A DNA stretch of 64,000 nucleotides from an uncultured delta proteobacterium. GTDB lineage: Bacteria > Myxococcota_A > Polyangia > Polyangiales > Polyangiaceae. Every line of letters starts with the position of its first letter. The stretch's first letter is position 1. Where the stretch lies: positions 224,001-288,000 of the forward strand of contig CAWKKR010000004.1 of the NCBI GenBank assembly GCA_963850305.1, read 5' to 3'. Below the pieces are notes generated by a model. The model was not told the DNA's origin and searched no databases. It saw nothing but the letters and a program-made list of their open reading frames with translations. The translations under genes were made by a program, and so were the position numbers. Below, piece after piece: positions 1-9,824 of this stretch.

Positions 1-1
1 C

Positions 2-736
2 TTGTTACTCCGCCATGGGCTCGGTAGAAAGAGCCGGCAACTCGGACGGAACTTTTCCTGCCATCCGAACGCAAAGGTTATCGCCCTCTATCCTTTCGAC
101 GTGGAAGGGTGGAAGGGCGTCAGTCAGAACGGGCAGATCCACGAGTTTACCGACGACGGAATCGTGATGGCGGAGAACTTCGTCGCGCCGGGGGCGCTCG
201 GGGCGCATCTGCCGTTCCACGGACGAGAAGCGTGGGATCTGATGGGACGATTGAACCAGATCCTGCTGTCGGGGGTGCTCGTCGAAGATTCGGGAAGCGG
301 GACGGTGGCGAGAACCTTCCTTGGCGTGCCGGAAGTCCACTACACCGTGACGGCGGAGGTCCATCGGCGCGTGCTCCGGGGAGCCAAGCTGCTCGCGGAG
401 ATGCACTTCGCTCTCGGCGCCGACAAGGTTCTCTTGCCGTTCGTGAACGTGCCCATCTTGACGAGCGTCGATCAGCTCCGCGGGCTGGACGAGAAGCGCG
501 TCCCGTGCGAGGCGCTCGACCTGTTCACGGTGCACCTCATGGGGACCGCTCGCATGGGCGCTTCCCCGAACGACTCCGTCGTCGGTCCCACCGGGGAGTG
601 CTGGGCCTTGCCGGGCTGTTACATCGCGGACGCGAGCCTGTTTCCGACGGCCATCGGCGTGAACCCGCAACTTACCGTCATGGCCCTCGCGACCCGCGTC
701 GCCTTTCGTCTGGACCTCGTGAAGCGTGCGGCGTGA
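2..736 (+). CDS. GMC-family oxidoreductase, C-terminal part (5' end outside window)
   Basis: HLMGTARMG...VVGPTGECW...YIADASLFPTAIGVNPQLTVMALA matches the GMC oxidoreductase C-terminal signature. Confidence 0.9.
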   Translation: MLLRHGLGRKSRQLGRNFSCHPNAKVIALYPFDVEGWKGVSQNGQIHEFTDDGIVMAENFVAPGALGAHLPFHGREAWDLMGRLNQILLSGVLVEDSGSGTVARTFLGVPEVHYTVTAEVHRRVLRGAKLLAEMHFALGADKVLLPFVNVPILTSVDQLRGLDEKRVPCEALDLFTVHLMGTARMGASPNDSVVGPTGECWALPGCYIADASLFPTAIGVNPQLTVMALATRVAFRLDLVKRAA

Positions 737-918
737 CGGTCGGTCTTTCGCGCCGCTTCCTCCGACCTCATTCCCCTCGCGACTTTCAGGGACGGTGTCC
801 TGGGTCCGCGTGGTCGCCTGACAAAGCGACGCCGCGCGATCCGCATTCCCTGGCGAGCGGGCGCGCCTCAGATGATCCTGGCACCCAGGCGCGGGCGGCT
901 GGCTGATATCGTGCTCGG

Positions 919-1374
919 ATGTCGATCCCCGAATACGTGCGATCCATCTGGCGCAATCCCGATCCCGGGAAGCTCATGGGGCCCGGACATCCAGCAGGCG
1001 ACTTTTTGAACGGACCGGATTGGCTCGTGCTCGAGGAATCGGATGGACGGTTGCTGGTGGACGTGCCGCTCGTGGATGCTGCGAAGAATTTTCGCGGTCA
1101 TCTCTTCGGCGGGTTCGCGCCGGCGTACGTGGACTTGATCGCGCTCCGGACGGTGAGCGCGGGTACCGGCGAGCGACCGCACGGGTGGCTCCTGACGATG
1201 AACCTGAACGTCGAGTACTTCGAGCCGGTGAGTGGACCTCGATTTTTGATCGAGAGCCGGATCGTCAACCGGCGTGGACGAACGATCTTCTGCGAAGTGA
1301 CTTTTCGCGACCCCACCGCGAGGGACAGGATATTGCTGTTCGCGACGACTCTGTTGCTCGAACAGAACGCTTGA
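919..1374 (+). CDS. PaaI-family hotdog thioesterase
   Basis: 151 aa; KNFRGHLFGGF...D motif, TMNLNVEYFEPV, RRGRTIFCEV. Confidence 0.8.
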   Translation: MSIPEYVRSIWRNPDPGKLMGPGHPAGDFLNGPDWLVLEESDGRLLVDVPLVDAAKNFRGHLFGGFAPAYVDLIALRTVSAGTGERPHGWLLTMNLNVEYFEPVSGPRFLIESRIVNRRGRTIFCEVTFRDPTARDRILLFATTLLLEQNA

Positions 1375-1381
1375 ACGGGGG

Positions 1382-2410
1382 CTACGGCGTGACCCGTTGG
1401 ACCAGCGCCTGCGTGAATTCTTTCGTGCCGAGGGTGCCGCCCAGATCCTTCGTCTTCTGGCCTTCTTCGAGGGCGAGGTTGTAGGCGGCCTTGATGCGGT
1501 CGGCGGCGAGCCGACAGGCCGGGTCGTCGCGCTCGTCGGCAAGGTGGTTGAGCATCATGACTGCGCTCATGAGGAGCGCGAGCGGGTTGGCGACGTTTTG
1601 CCCAGCGATGTTGGGCGCGGAGCCGTGGACGGCCTCGAAGACGGCGTCCGTGTCGCCGATGTTCGCGCCAGGGGTCACGCCAAGACCGCCGACGAAGCCG
1701 GCACACAGATCCGAGACAATGTCGCCGTAGAGATTCTCGCAGAGCAGGATGTCGAACTGCGACGGATCCTGCACAAGTCGCATGGACGCCGCATCGATGA
1801 TCGTCTCTTCGTATTCGATGTTCGGGTAGTCGTGTGCGTGCACCCGGCGCGACTCGTCGATGAACATGCCGTCCGTGAGCTTCATGATGTTCGCCTTGTG
1901 AAGAACGGACACCTTCTTCCGTTTCCGGTGCGTCGCGTAGCGGAACGTCCAGAGAGCGATGCGATGGCACGCCGCGCGCGTGGCCACCTTCATGGACGCG
2001 ACGACGCCGTCGGTGATCTGGTTCTCGATGCCGCTGTAGAGCCCTTCGGTATTTTCGCGAACGATGACGATATCGACGTTCTCGTAGCGGGTGCGAACGC
2101 CGGGGAGCGTGCGTACGGGGCGCACGGCGGCGTAGAGGTTCAAGGTCTTCCGGAGCGCGACGTTGACGGAGCGGAAGCCCTTGCCGATGGGCGTCGTACA
2201 CGGCCCCTTCAGGGCGACGTGATGATGACGAATCGCCTCGAGCGTCTCTTCCGGAAGCACGTCGGCGTGGCCGTGCGCGAGGGCGGCCTCGCCCGCGTGA
2301 TGCACGACGAAGCGAACGGGGGCGCGAGCGGCTTCGAGGATGGCCTGAACGGCGTCGGACACTTCTGGCCCGATGCCGTCTCCGGGAATCAATACGATTT
2401 GATGCATCAT
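1382..2410 (-). CDS. isocitrate/isopropylmalate dehydrogenase family (NAD-IDH-like)
   Basis: IPGDGIGPEV, VRENTEGLY, HKANIMKLTDG, ENLYGDIVSDL, FEAVHGSAP; start placed at MMHQ. Confidence 0.93.
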   Translation of the reverse strand: MMHQIVLIPGDGIGPEVSDAVQAILEAARAPVRFVVHHAGEAALAHGHADVLPEETLEAIRHHHVALKGPCTTPIGKGFRSVNVALRKTLNLYAAVRPVRTLPGVRTRYENVDIVIVRENTEGLYSGIENQITDGVVASMKVATRAACHRIALWTFRYATHRKRKKVSVLHKANIMKLTDGMFIDESRRVHAHDYPNIEYEETIIDAASMRLVQDPSQFDILLCENLYGDIVSDLCAGFVGGLGVTPGANIGDTDAVFEAVHGSAPNIAGQNVANPLALLMSAVMMLNHLADERDDPACRLAADRIKAAYNLALEEGQKTKDLGGTLGTKEFTQALVQRVTP

Positions 2411-2634
2411 GATATTGGCCTCGCCGGCAGCATAGACCACGACGCGACGCCCACGGCCGGCAATGCCCTCTCGTTCTCGTTCGATCCTGCACGCGAACGT
2501 CGGGTTACGGGTGTGTGTCGCCGGGCGGACACGGCGCGCACTTCGGCGCGTCGGTCGCCCATGGAATCCCAGCGAAACGCGACGGCGCGGTCCGAGTCAA
2601 GCTCCGGGCATGATAGTTGCTGAATCGGTCGCCG

Positions 2635-3657
2635 ATGACGACGCTTCGCTTTCGCCGCCTTCGCTGCCTTCCCTGGCTCTGGCTCGCCGCGCTCACGATG
2701 GGGTGCGGTTCGAGTGGCGCCCCGCACCGGGGAACCGACACCGGCGGCGACGGTTCCGCCGGCGCGGTTCCGCTCGATGCCGGGACGCTCGCGACGCGCG
2801 TGGCGGCGGCGACCGAGACGGCGCAGAGCGACCCCCTCTGCTCGGCGATCTCGCCGTTCTACTGGGAGATTGGAGACGCGACAGGATCGCTGGGCGGGGC
2901 ATCCGTCGGAGGCACGACCTACACCGTCGACACCGTTATGGGGATTGCCTCGGCGTCGAAGTTCTTGTTCGGCGCATACGTCGTGGAGCGATTCAAGGAC
3001 GACCTGGGCGCGATCGATCTGAACGCCATGAGGATGCTCAGCGGCTACATCGGGCTCGACTACACCCGCTGCCTCACGACGACGACGGTCAATGCTTGCT
3101 TCGAGACCGCGGACACCATGACCACCGCCGACGTGGAACGATTTTATTACAACGGCGGCCACTTCCAGAAGTACGCCGTGGATCTCGGGCTCGGGGCGGA
3201 CTCTGCCGCAGCGCTCGGCAGCGATGTGTCGGAGATGCTGGGGACGGAGCTCGGCATCGCGTATTCTTCGCCGCAACTCGCCGGGGGAGCGCGCATGTCC
3301 GCGGGCGATTACGCAAAGTTCCTGAGAAAGATTCTCTCCGGTGGGCTCGCGCTCTCGGCGCACCTCGGCGAAAACCCGGTCTGCACGCTGCCGGGGTCGT
3401 CCTGTCGGACGGCCGCGTACAGCCCTGCACCCGCCGCCTGGCACTACTCCTACGCGCACTGGGTCGAGGACGATCCAGCGACAGGCGACGGCAGCTTCAG
3501 CAGCCCGGGCGCCTACGGCTTTTACCCGTGGATCGACAGGACGAAGACCTATTACGGCATCGTCGCGCGGCAGAGTCTCGGCGCCGACACGTACATCCAG
3601 TCCGTCGAGTGCGGAATCCAGATCCGGAAGGCATTCTTCGCGGGCGTCGCGGACTGA
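2635..3657 (+). CDS. beta-lactamase-like serine hydrolase, lipoprotein
   Basis: Lipobox LTMGC; SxxK (IASASK), YxN (FYYNGGH), SSPGAYGFYPWID. Confidence 0.7.
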   Translation: MTTLRFRRLRCLPWLWLAALTMGCGSSGAPHRGTDTGGDGSAGAVPLDAGTLATRVAAATETAQSDPLCSAISPFYWEIGDATGSLGGASVGGTTYTVDTVMGIASASKFLFGAYVVERFKDDLGAIDLNAMRMLSGYIGLDYTRCLTTTTVNACFETADTMTTADVERFYYNGGHFQKYAVDLGLGADSAAALGSDVSEMLGTELGIAYSSPQLAGGARMSAGDYAKFLRKILSGGLALSAHLGENPVCTLPGSSCRTAAYSPAPAAWHYSYAHWVEDDPATGDGSFSSPGAYGFYPWIDRTKTYYGIVARQSLGADTYIQSVECGIQIRKAFFAGVAD

Positions 3658-3660
3658 ACC

Positions 3661-4695
3661 TCAGCATCGCGCGTAGGTGGCGTCGGTGCCTTCGTGCAGG
3701 CGATGGAGCTCGTCGAGCCGCGCCAGCGTCGCGTCTTCGAGCCGCGTCGTGCACGCGTCCACGGCGGCGTCGAGGTGCTCGACGGTCCCGGGCCCGATGA
3801 CGATCGAGTCCACGCCGGGCCGGGACGCCAGAAAGCCGTAAGCGAGCGCGATCAGGCTGAGTCCGAGCGCGTCCGCGAGCCCACGGTAGTCTTCGACGGC
3901 GAGTTGCATGCGCTCGCTGAAGTACCGCCGTACGTACATCGCGTTGCCGTCGAAGCGCGAGCCAGGGACGGGCGAGCCCGCCGGGTGATGCCCCGCGAGG
4001 AGACCACCGGCGAGGGGGTTGTACGCGGCGGTGTCGAGCCCGTACTTGCGAGCGAACGCGAAGTACTCGACGTCGAGCTGGCGCACGAGCAGGTTGTACA
4101 ATTGCTGCGCGACCAGAGGGCGAGCGACGCCCGCAGAGTCGCACCAACCCACCATCTCCAGGATCTGCCAGGAGGCGTAGTTCGAGACGCCCCAGGAGCG
4201 GATCTTCCCGGCGCCGAGGAGCTCCGCGATGGCCCCGAGACTCTCTTCGAGGGGGGTCGAGGAGTCCGGCGCGTGCAAGTAGTAAAGATCGACGTAGTCG
4301 GTCTCGAGCCTCGCGAGGCTTTCATCACAGGCGGCGAGGATGCGCGCTCGCGACAGCCCTTCGGGGACGCCGCCGGCTTGCACCAAGCCCGACGCTTCCC
4401 CGCCGACGCGAGCGAGCCCGACCTTCGTCGAGATCAGGAATGCGTCCCGACGGCCGCGGAGGGCGCGCCCGACGATGCGCTCGCTTTCGCCCCCGCCGTA
4501 CACGTTCGCGGTGTCGATCGCGACGATGCCCCGCTCCTGAGCCCTGTCGATGACGCACCGCGCTTCACCCTCGGGCGTGCGCTTGCCGAAGTTCATGGCG
4601 CCCAGGACTAGCGCGACGCGCGGGGCGGAACCGCGTCGACTCGGCTGAATCGGGCCGGAAGCTCGAGGGGGCAACGGCCCGAGCTTAGCCGTCAT
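3661..4695 (-). CDS. aldo/keto reductase
   Basis: LGAMNFG, IDTANVYGGGESE, SLARLETDYVDLYYLH, WGVSNY, YNPLAGGLL; true start may lie somewhat downstream. Confidence 0.92.
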   Translation of the reverse strand: MTAKLGPLPPRASGPIQPSRRGSAPRVALVLGAMNFGKRTPEGEARCVIDRAQERGIVAIDTANVYGGGESERIVGRALRGRRDAFLISTKVGLARVGGEASGLVQAGGVPEGLSRARILAACDESLARLETDYVDLYYLHAPDSSTPLEESLGAIAELLGAGKIRSWGVSNYASWQILEMVGWCDSAGVARPLVAQQLYNLLVRQLDVEYFAFARKYGLDTAAYNPLAGGLLAGHHPAGSPVPGSRFDGNAMYVRRYFSERMQLAVEDYRGLADALGLSLIALAYGFLASRPGVDSIVIGPGTVEHLDAAVDACTTRLEDATLARLDELHRLHEGTDATYARC

Positions 4696-4901
4696 CGGCG
4701 GGCTCGGCGGGCTAGACTCTTCATCACCCGTGGCGCATGATGCGACTCAATGGGAGCATGCCCCGGTTTCTCCTTTCCGCGCAGGCACGGGTCCACCTGG
4801 GCAAGCTCACCCCGACGGCGCGCGAACCGAGAACGTCGAAGTCTTTCCGCAACTTGCGCGGCTGAAAGGGCCAGAGCCGGACGCGGAATCAGGGTCTCAA
4901 C

Positions 4902-6176
4902 ATGATTAAATATCGAAGCTCCATGGTCCCGGCGGTTGGCCTCTCGTGTGCCCTCGCGGCATGTTCACCCAGCGGAGGGGGAGGAGGTTCCGGATCCGGA
5001 GCGGGTGGCGGCGGGGGCTACTACTCCGCTGGCGGCGGCTCGAACTTGGGCGGAAGCGTCAGCTACGGCAATGGCGGCCAAGGCATATCGGTCATTCAGA
5101 ACACCTTCGACGCCGGCAACTGCGGCACAGCGCAATACAAGGGGAAGCTTCTGCCCTCGAACATCCTGTTCGTGCAGGACCGTTCGGGCAGCATGAACTG
5201 CAACCTGCCGCCGGAGACGCAGTCAGCCGCGTGCGAGGCGAACCCTGTCGCGGCGAACCCTTCGGATCCAACGAAGTGGTCGGTCATCAGCTCCGCCATC
5301 GACAACGCGATCGACCAGATTGCTCTGCTCCCGAACACGGCCATCGGGCTCAATTTCTTCAGCAACGACGACACGTGCGGCGTATCGGACACGCCGAGCG
5401 TGCCGCTGCAGCTCCTCAATGCGACGCAGGTCACTGCGCTCAAGAACGCTTACGCGAACGTCAAACCCGCGGGAGGCACGCCAATCATCGGTGCAGTGGT
5501 CACGGGTTACGAGTATCTGCATCAGGTCGTCCAGGCGCGAGGTAACCGATTCGTCGTGCTGATCACTGACGGCTCGGAAAGCTGTCTGCCCGGCACGGAC
5601 GCCGGCCATACCACTTACGCCGATTATCCGGGCACACCAGCGGATCCCGTCGGGGACCTCTTCAACAAGGAGGTTCCCAACGCTCTCGCGGTCAACATCC
5701 GCACGTTCGTCATCGGCGTGCCTGGAAGCGAGACCAACCGCGGCTTCTTGTCGCAGCTCGCGTTCGCGGGGGGCACTCCGTCCTCGCCCACCTGTGATCA
5801 CACCAACAATCCAGCGCCCGGGAATGCGTGTCACCTCGACATGTCCGGCTCGACAGAGTCGAATCTGGGCTCCACGCTCGCTGCGGCGCTTCAGAGCATC
5901 ACGGGCACTGCCGCGCTCACGTGCCAGTTCGACGTCCCGACCGACGCGAGCGGCACGATCAATACGAGCCTGTTGAACGTCAACTACATTTCGGGCAGCA
6001 CGAAGGCCAACACGGATCTGGGCAGGGATGATACCTGCTCCGGCACGAACGGCTGGCAGTTCAAAGACTCGACCGATACGCAGATCCAGCTCTGCCCGGA
6101 CGTCTGTAATACGGTGCTCCACGACCAGGGCGCTCAGGTCATCGTGACCGAGGGTTGTCCGCAGCGCATCAACTGA
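4902..6176 (+). CDS. vWA-domain Cys-rich lipoprotein
   Basis: Lipobox ALAAC, Gly-rich linker, MIDAS residues DRSGS / GGTP / ITDG, Cys-rich C-terminus. Confidence 0.85.
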   Translation: MIKYRSSMVPAVGLSCALAACSPSGGGGGSGSGAGGGGGYYSAGGGSNLGGSVSYGNGGQGISVIQNTFDAGNCGTAQYKGKLLPSNILFVQDRSGSMNCNLPPETQSAACEANPVAANPSDPTKWSVISSAIDNAIDQIALLPNTAIGLNFFSNDDTCGVSDTPSVPLQLLNATQVTALKNAYANVKPAGGTPIIGAVVTGYEYLHQVVQARGNRFVVLITDGSESCLPGTDAGHTTYADYPGTPADPVGDLFNKEVPNALAVNIRTFVIGVPGSETNRGFLSQLAFAGGTPSSPTCDHTNNPAPGNACHLDMSGSTESNLGSTLAAALQSITGTAALTCQFDVPTDASGTINTSLLNVNYISGSTKANTDLGRDDTCSGTNGWQFKDSTDTQIQLCPDVCNTVLHDQGAQVIVTEGCPQRIN

Positions 6177-6295
6177 ACTCGCGCTCGCGCTGGCGGCTCG
6201 CCCGGCGAAGCTCGTCTTCGCCGCCTGAGTCGCGCACAGAGCAACGATTTTGCACGCGCCGCGAGCGGCACGCGAGCTGCAACGGCGTTCTCGGG

Positions 6296-7876
6296 ATGCC
6301 GCTCGCCGCAAACGCCACGACGACCATTTCCGGCGCGCCGCTCGGGATCGCCGCGGTGGATACGAGCACGCTCGTCGGCCTCGAGCCGCGTCCTATCCGG
6401 GTCGAGGTCTGTTGCACACGGGGTCCGTCATTTTTCCAGCTCGTCGGGCTGGCGCAAGCCGCGGTCCGGGAATCTCGAGTCCGCGTGGCCAGCGCCCTCG
6501 CTCGTCTTGGGGTGCTGCTCGACGCATTCGCCATCACGGTAAACCTTGCACCCGCGGATCTGAAGAAGAGTGCCGCCGCGCTCGATCTCGCGCTGGCCAC
6601 CGCGGTCCTCGCCGCCGTGGGGCGGCTCCCGACGGATGCGCTGAACGCCGTACTCTTTCTCGGCGAGCTGTCACTCGACGGCACGCTGAGGCCGATCCGC
6701 GGCGTCCTGCCGCAGCTCGATGGCGCACGTTCCCGTGGCTTGCGCGCCGCGATCGTTCCCGAGGGCAATCGGGTGGAGGCGGGCCTCGTGACCGGGTTGA
6801 CCACCTTCGTGGCCACGTCTCTCGAAGACGTCGTCGCGCATCTCCGTGACGAGCGTCGACTCCCCCACGTGGAAAGGACGGTCTTCACGCCCGAAGCCAG
6901 CTGGACCGGCGGCGACCTCGCCGACGTGCGCGGTCAAGCCACCGCGAGACGTGCGGCGGAAGTCGCCGCAGCGGGGAACCACAATTTGCTGATGCTCGGA
7001 CCGCCTGGAGGCGGGAAGACGCTCCTTGCTCGGTTGCTCCCGACCCTCTTGCCCCCGCTCACCCATGAAGAAGCGATAGAGACGACCGCCATTCACAGCG
7101 TCGCCGGGCTCATCGAACCCGAAAAGGGGATGGTCCTGAGGCGGCCTTTTCGAGCCCCCCACCATTCGGTGAGCGAGGCCGGACTCGTCGGGGGTGGAGA
7201 ATTCCCGCGCCCCGGCGAGGTCAGCCTGGCACACAACGGCGTGCTCTTCCTCGACGAACTGGCGGAGTTTCGTCGCGACGCCCTGGAATCGCTACGGCAA
7301 CCACTGGAGGACGGGCGCGTGTGCATCGCTCGCGCTCGTGCGCGCGCCTGGTTTCCGGCGAGGGCCATGGTCGTGGCCGCGATGAATAGATGCCCGTGCG
7401 GCAACCTCGGACATCCGTCGCGCTCGTGTCGATGTTCGGAAAAGTCGCGCCGGGCGTATCTGGCGAAACTTTCGGGCCCGCTGCTGGATCGACTGGATGT
7501 CCACGTCGGGCTACCGCCGGTGGAAGTCGGTGCGCTGGTGGGAGACAAGCGCGGAGAAAGCTCGGCCACCGTGCGGGCGCGCGTCGTCGCTGCCCGCAAC
7601 GTGCAACTCTGGCGCAAGGAAAGCGGCACGACGAGCGCGACTTGCAATTCTGCGCTCCCGCCCCGAGAACTGGCCCTCATCGCGCCGCTCGACAAGCCAG
7701 GCGAGCGACTCATCGAAAGCGCCGTGGAGCGGCTCGGATTGTCCGCGCGCGCGTTCACGAAGGTCGTCCGCGTTGCGCGCACCATCGCAGACCTCGAAGG
7801 AAGTGAACGCTTGCAAGCTGTACACGTCGCGGAAGCGATCCAGGCTCGCTTGGTCGACAGGGAGTTGCTAGCCTGA
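6296..7876 (+). CDS. comM: ComM/YifB Mg-chelatase-like AAA+ ATPase
   Basis: VRESRVRV, ITVNLAPADLKK, GELSLDG, GPPGGGKT, RPFRAPHHS, PGEVSLAHNGVLFLDE, CPCG...CRC, RVARTIADL. Confidence 0.92.
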   Translation: MPLAANATTTISGAPLGIAAVDTSTLVGLEPRPIRVEVCCTRGPSFFQLVGLAQAAVRESRVRVASALARLGVLLDAFAITVNLAPADLKKSAAALDLALATAVLAAVGRLPTDALNAVLFLGELSLDGTLRPIRGVLPQLDGARSRGLRAAIVPEGNRVEAGLVTGLTTFVATSLEDVVAHLRDERRLPHVERTVFTPEASWTGGDLADVRGQATARRAAEVAAAGNHNLLMLGPPGGGKTLLARLLPTLLPPLTHEEAIETTAIHSVAGLIEPEKGMVLRRPFRAPHHSVSEAGLVGGGEFPRPGEVSLAHNGVLFLDELAEFRRDALESLRQPLEDGRVCIARARARAWFPARAMVVAAMNRCPCGNLGHPSRSCRCSEKSRRAYLAKLSGPLLDRLDVHVGLPPVEVGALVGDKRGESSATVRARVVAARNVQLWRKESGTTSATCNSALPPRELALIAPLDKPGERLIESAVERLGLSARAFTKVVRVARTIADLEGSERLQAVHVAEAIQARLVDRELLA

Positions 7877-8039
7877 CGTGGACTGGGAGAACCTGCGGGG
7901 CTTCATGGCCCTTCACTTCGACGGTGGAGGAGCGAGGGCGCACAGGCGACTTGGGCTGGGGGACCCCCCGCTCTCGCCACGGACGCGGAACGCGCTAGTA
8001 TGTAATTGGTCCCCTTCCTCCACGACTTAGTAAACGTCG

Positions 8040-8813
8040 ATGCGAAACTTGATCATTGCTGCGGTCTGCGCCGCGGTCGTCGCGTGCACGGCTGGTTCGG
8101 CCCAGGACAAGTCGGCGCCGAACGACGAGGACGCTGGAGGCAGCGTCACGGGTAATCCGAACAGCGCGACGTTCGACGCCGGCGGCTCGTCTGCCGGCGT
8201 GGGGGGCACATTCGCAAATGGCGCAGGGGGTGCAACGGTCGAGGAAGCGAGCGCCGACGCGGGAACCACAAGGGTCGCGACGCATCCGACCGCCGACCGC
8301 GGAGGCGCACTGGACGGGCTCGCGCCGCGCCCCGCCACGAAGAACGTCGTAGCCTGTGCAGAGGGGAAGTCGTGCACGACGTCGCAGGTGTGTTGTTATA
8401 CGGCAGCAACGACTTTCCCCCCGCCCGGCACCACGAGCCAGTACACCTGCTCGGACAAGCCGTGCACCGGGGGCGATGTCTCGGTTTCTTGCGATGGCGA
8501 CGAGGACTGCAAGAGCGGGCAGCGCTGCTGTCGCGTGGACGCCGCCAGCGGTTTGCTGTCTACGTCGACCAGCTACACGTGCCGCGCAGCGTGTGAGGCC
8601 GCCACGGTTGGTTGCTCGGGACCGGAGAACTGCCCTGACGGCACGGTCTGCTGTGAAACGGTTCTCGGTCTCACAGCCAGCAAGACGGAGTGCGCGACGA
8701 CGTGCGAGGGCACGGGGCTCTACATCATGTGCGAGACCGACGTGGACTGCCCGGCGGACGCGCCGACGTGCATCGATTCGACGGCCCTGCCGGGCCTACA
8801 TCGTTGCGATTGA
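8040..8813 (+). CDS. Cys-rich lipoprotein (myxobacterial type)
   Basis: Lipobox VVAC, DAG/Gly linker, repeated CDGxEDCxxGxxCC modules. Confidence 0.8.
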   Translation: MRNLIIAAVCAAVVACTAGSAQDKSAPNDEDAGGSVTGNPNSATFDAGGSSAGVGGTFANGAGGATVEEASADAGTTRVATHPTADRGGALDGLAPRPATKNVVACAEGKSCTTSQVCCYTAATTFPPPGTTSQYTCSDKPCTGGDVSVSCDGDEDCKSGQRCCRVDAASGLLSTSTSYTCRAACEAATVGCSGPENCPDGTVCCETVLGLTASKTECATTCEGTGLYIMCETDVDCPADAPTCIDSTALPGLHRCD

Positions 8814-8854
8814 ATCACGAAGCGGCACCTTCGCGTGCCCGCAGATCGAAGAGC

Positions 8855-9824
8855 CTACCATCTGACCGTAACGGTCGGCGGTTGGCACTCGCCTTCCGCA
8901 TTCGCGAGCTCGACGCGAGCCTTGAGCGTCGTCGAGCCGTGGGGCTCGGTCTTCAGAATCGATACCTGCACTCGCGAGATCGACCCGGGGAACGACCTGT
9001 TCCGCTCGGAGCTCGGCCACGGCCTCGGGGACGCCCGTCACGGTGACGTCCACGGCCGAGGGGATCGCGCGGGCATGCGGAACGCCGACGACCTCGACCG
9101 GCCTTCGCTCGAACCTTGCCTCCGTTTCGCGTCGAACGACAATCACGGTCACCATCGCCGATTTCGAGCCGAGAAATCGAACCCGCGGCGGAGGCTCGTC
9201 GATCGCGAGGCGCCTCCGATACACGCCCTCCGTCAGCCCGGTGACATCGAAGGCGGCGAGGCGCGCGAACTGCAGGACCTCGACGAGACTAGACGGGCCC
9301 TTCACGTCGATCTCCTTGGGATCGACCTGCAGGGTGTCGCGGATCTCGTACCCCTTCGCGGGTTGTCCGGCCCGAGATGCCTGGATCGGCAGCGTGCGCG
9401 TGACGACGTCCTGCCACTCCAGGTTGATGCTCGGCGGGTCGACGAATTTCACTTCGACGTCGGGCGGCAGTGAGAACAGGCTCTTGTCGAACACGACATT
9501 GTCGCTCGTCCCGTCGCGCAGATCGAGCTCCACGGGCGATACGCCGATCTGGATCAGCCGATCGATGGCACGAGTCGTGCCCACGACGGTGACGTCCACG
9601 TTGGCGGGCATCGGTGTCATCAGTTCACGACGCGCTCGGTCCTGGGGGAGGCGCAGAACGACGCCGACCGGGATCGTGCGTTGCGTCCGATCGAGCTGCC
9701 CGCGCGTATAAGCCGAAAGCCCGAGTGCCACGACCAACGAAAGCGCCTTTAGCCCGACATTCTCGGTGAACGCGTCGTGAACGAAAGCGCTCACCGCTTT
9801 GAAGAACCGCTCGATCTCCATCAC
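8855..9824 (-). CDS. cdaR: CdaR/YbbR-like diadenylate cyclase regulator (apparent +1 frameshift at ~8957)
   Basis: N-terminal TM ENVGLKALSLVVALGL, YbbR-like repeats (VDPKEIDVKGPSS), directly downstream of cdaA; removing one base in GATTCTG restores ...DLKTEPHGSTTLKARVEL...PPTVTVRW-stop at 8855 and removes the overlap with the facing gene. Confidence 0.8.

Noticed and set aside
4696..4901. c-di-GMP (GEMM) riboswitch upstream of the vWA gene
   Set aside because: Only a GGGCAAG/GAAA resemblance; the P1/P2 consensus could not be assembled.
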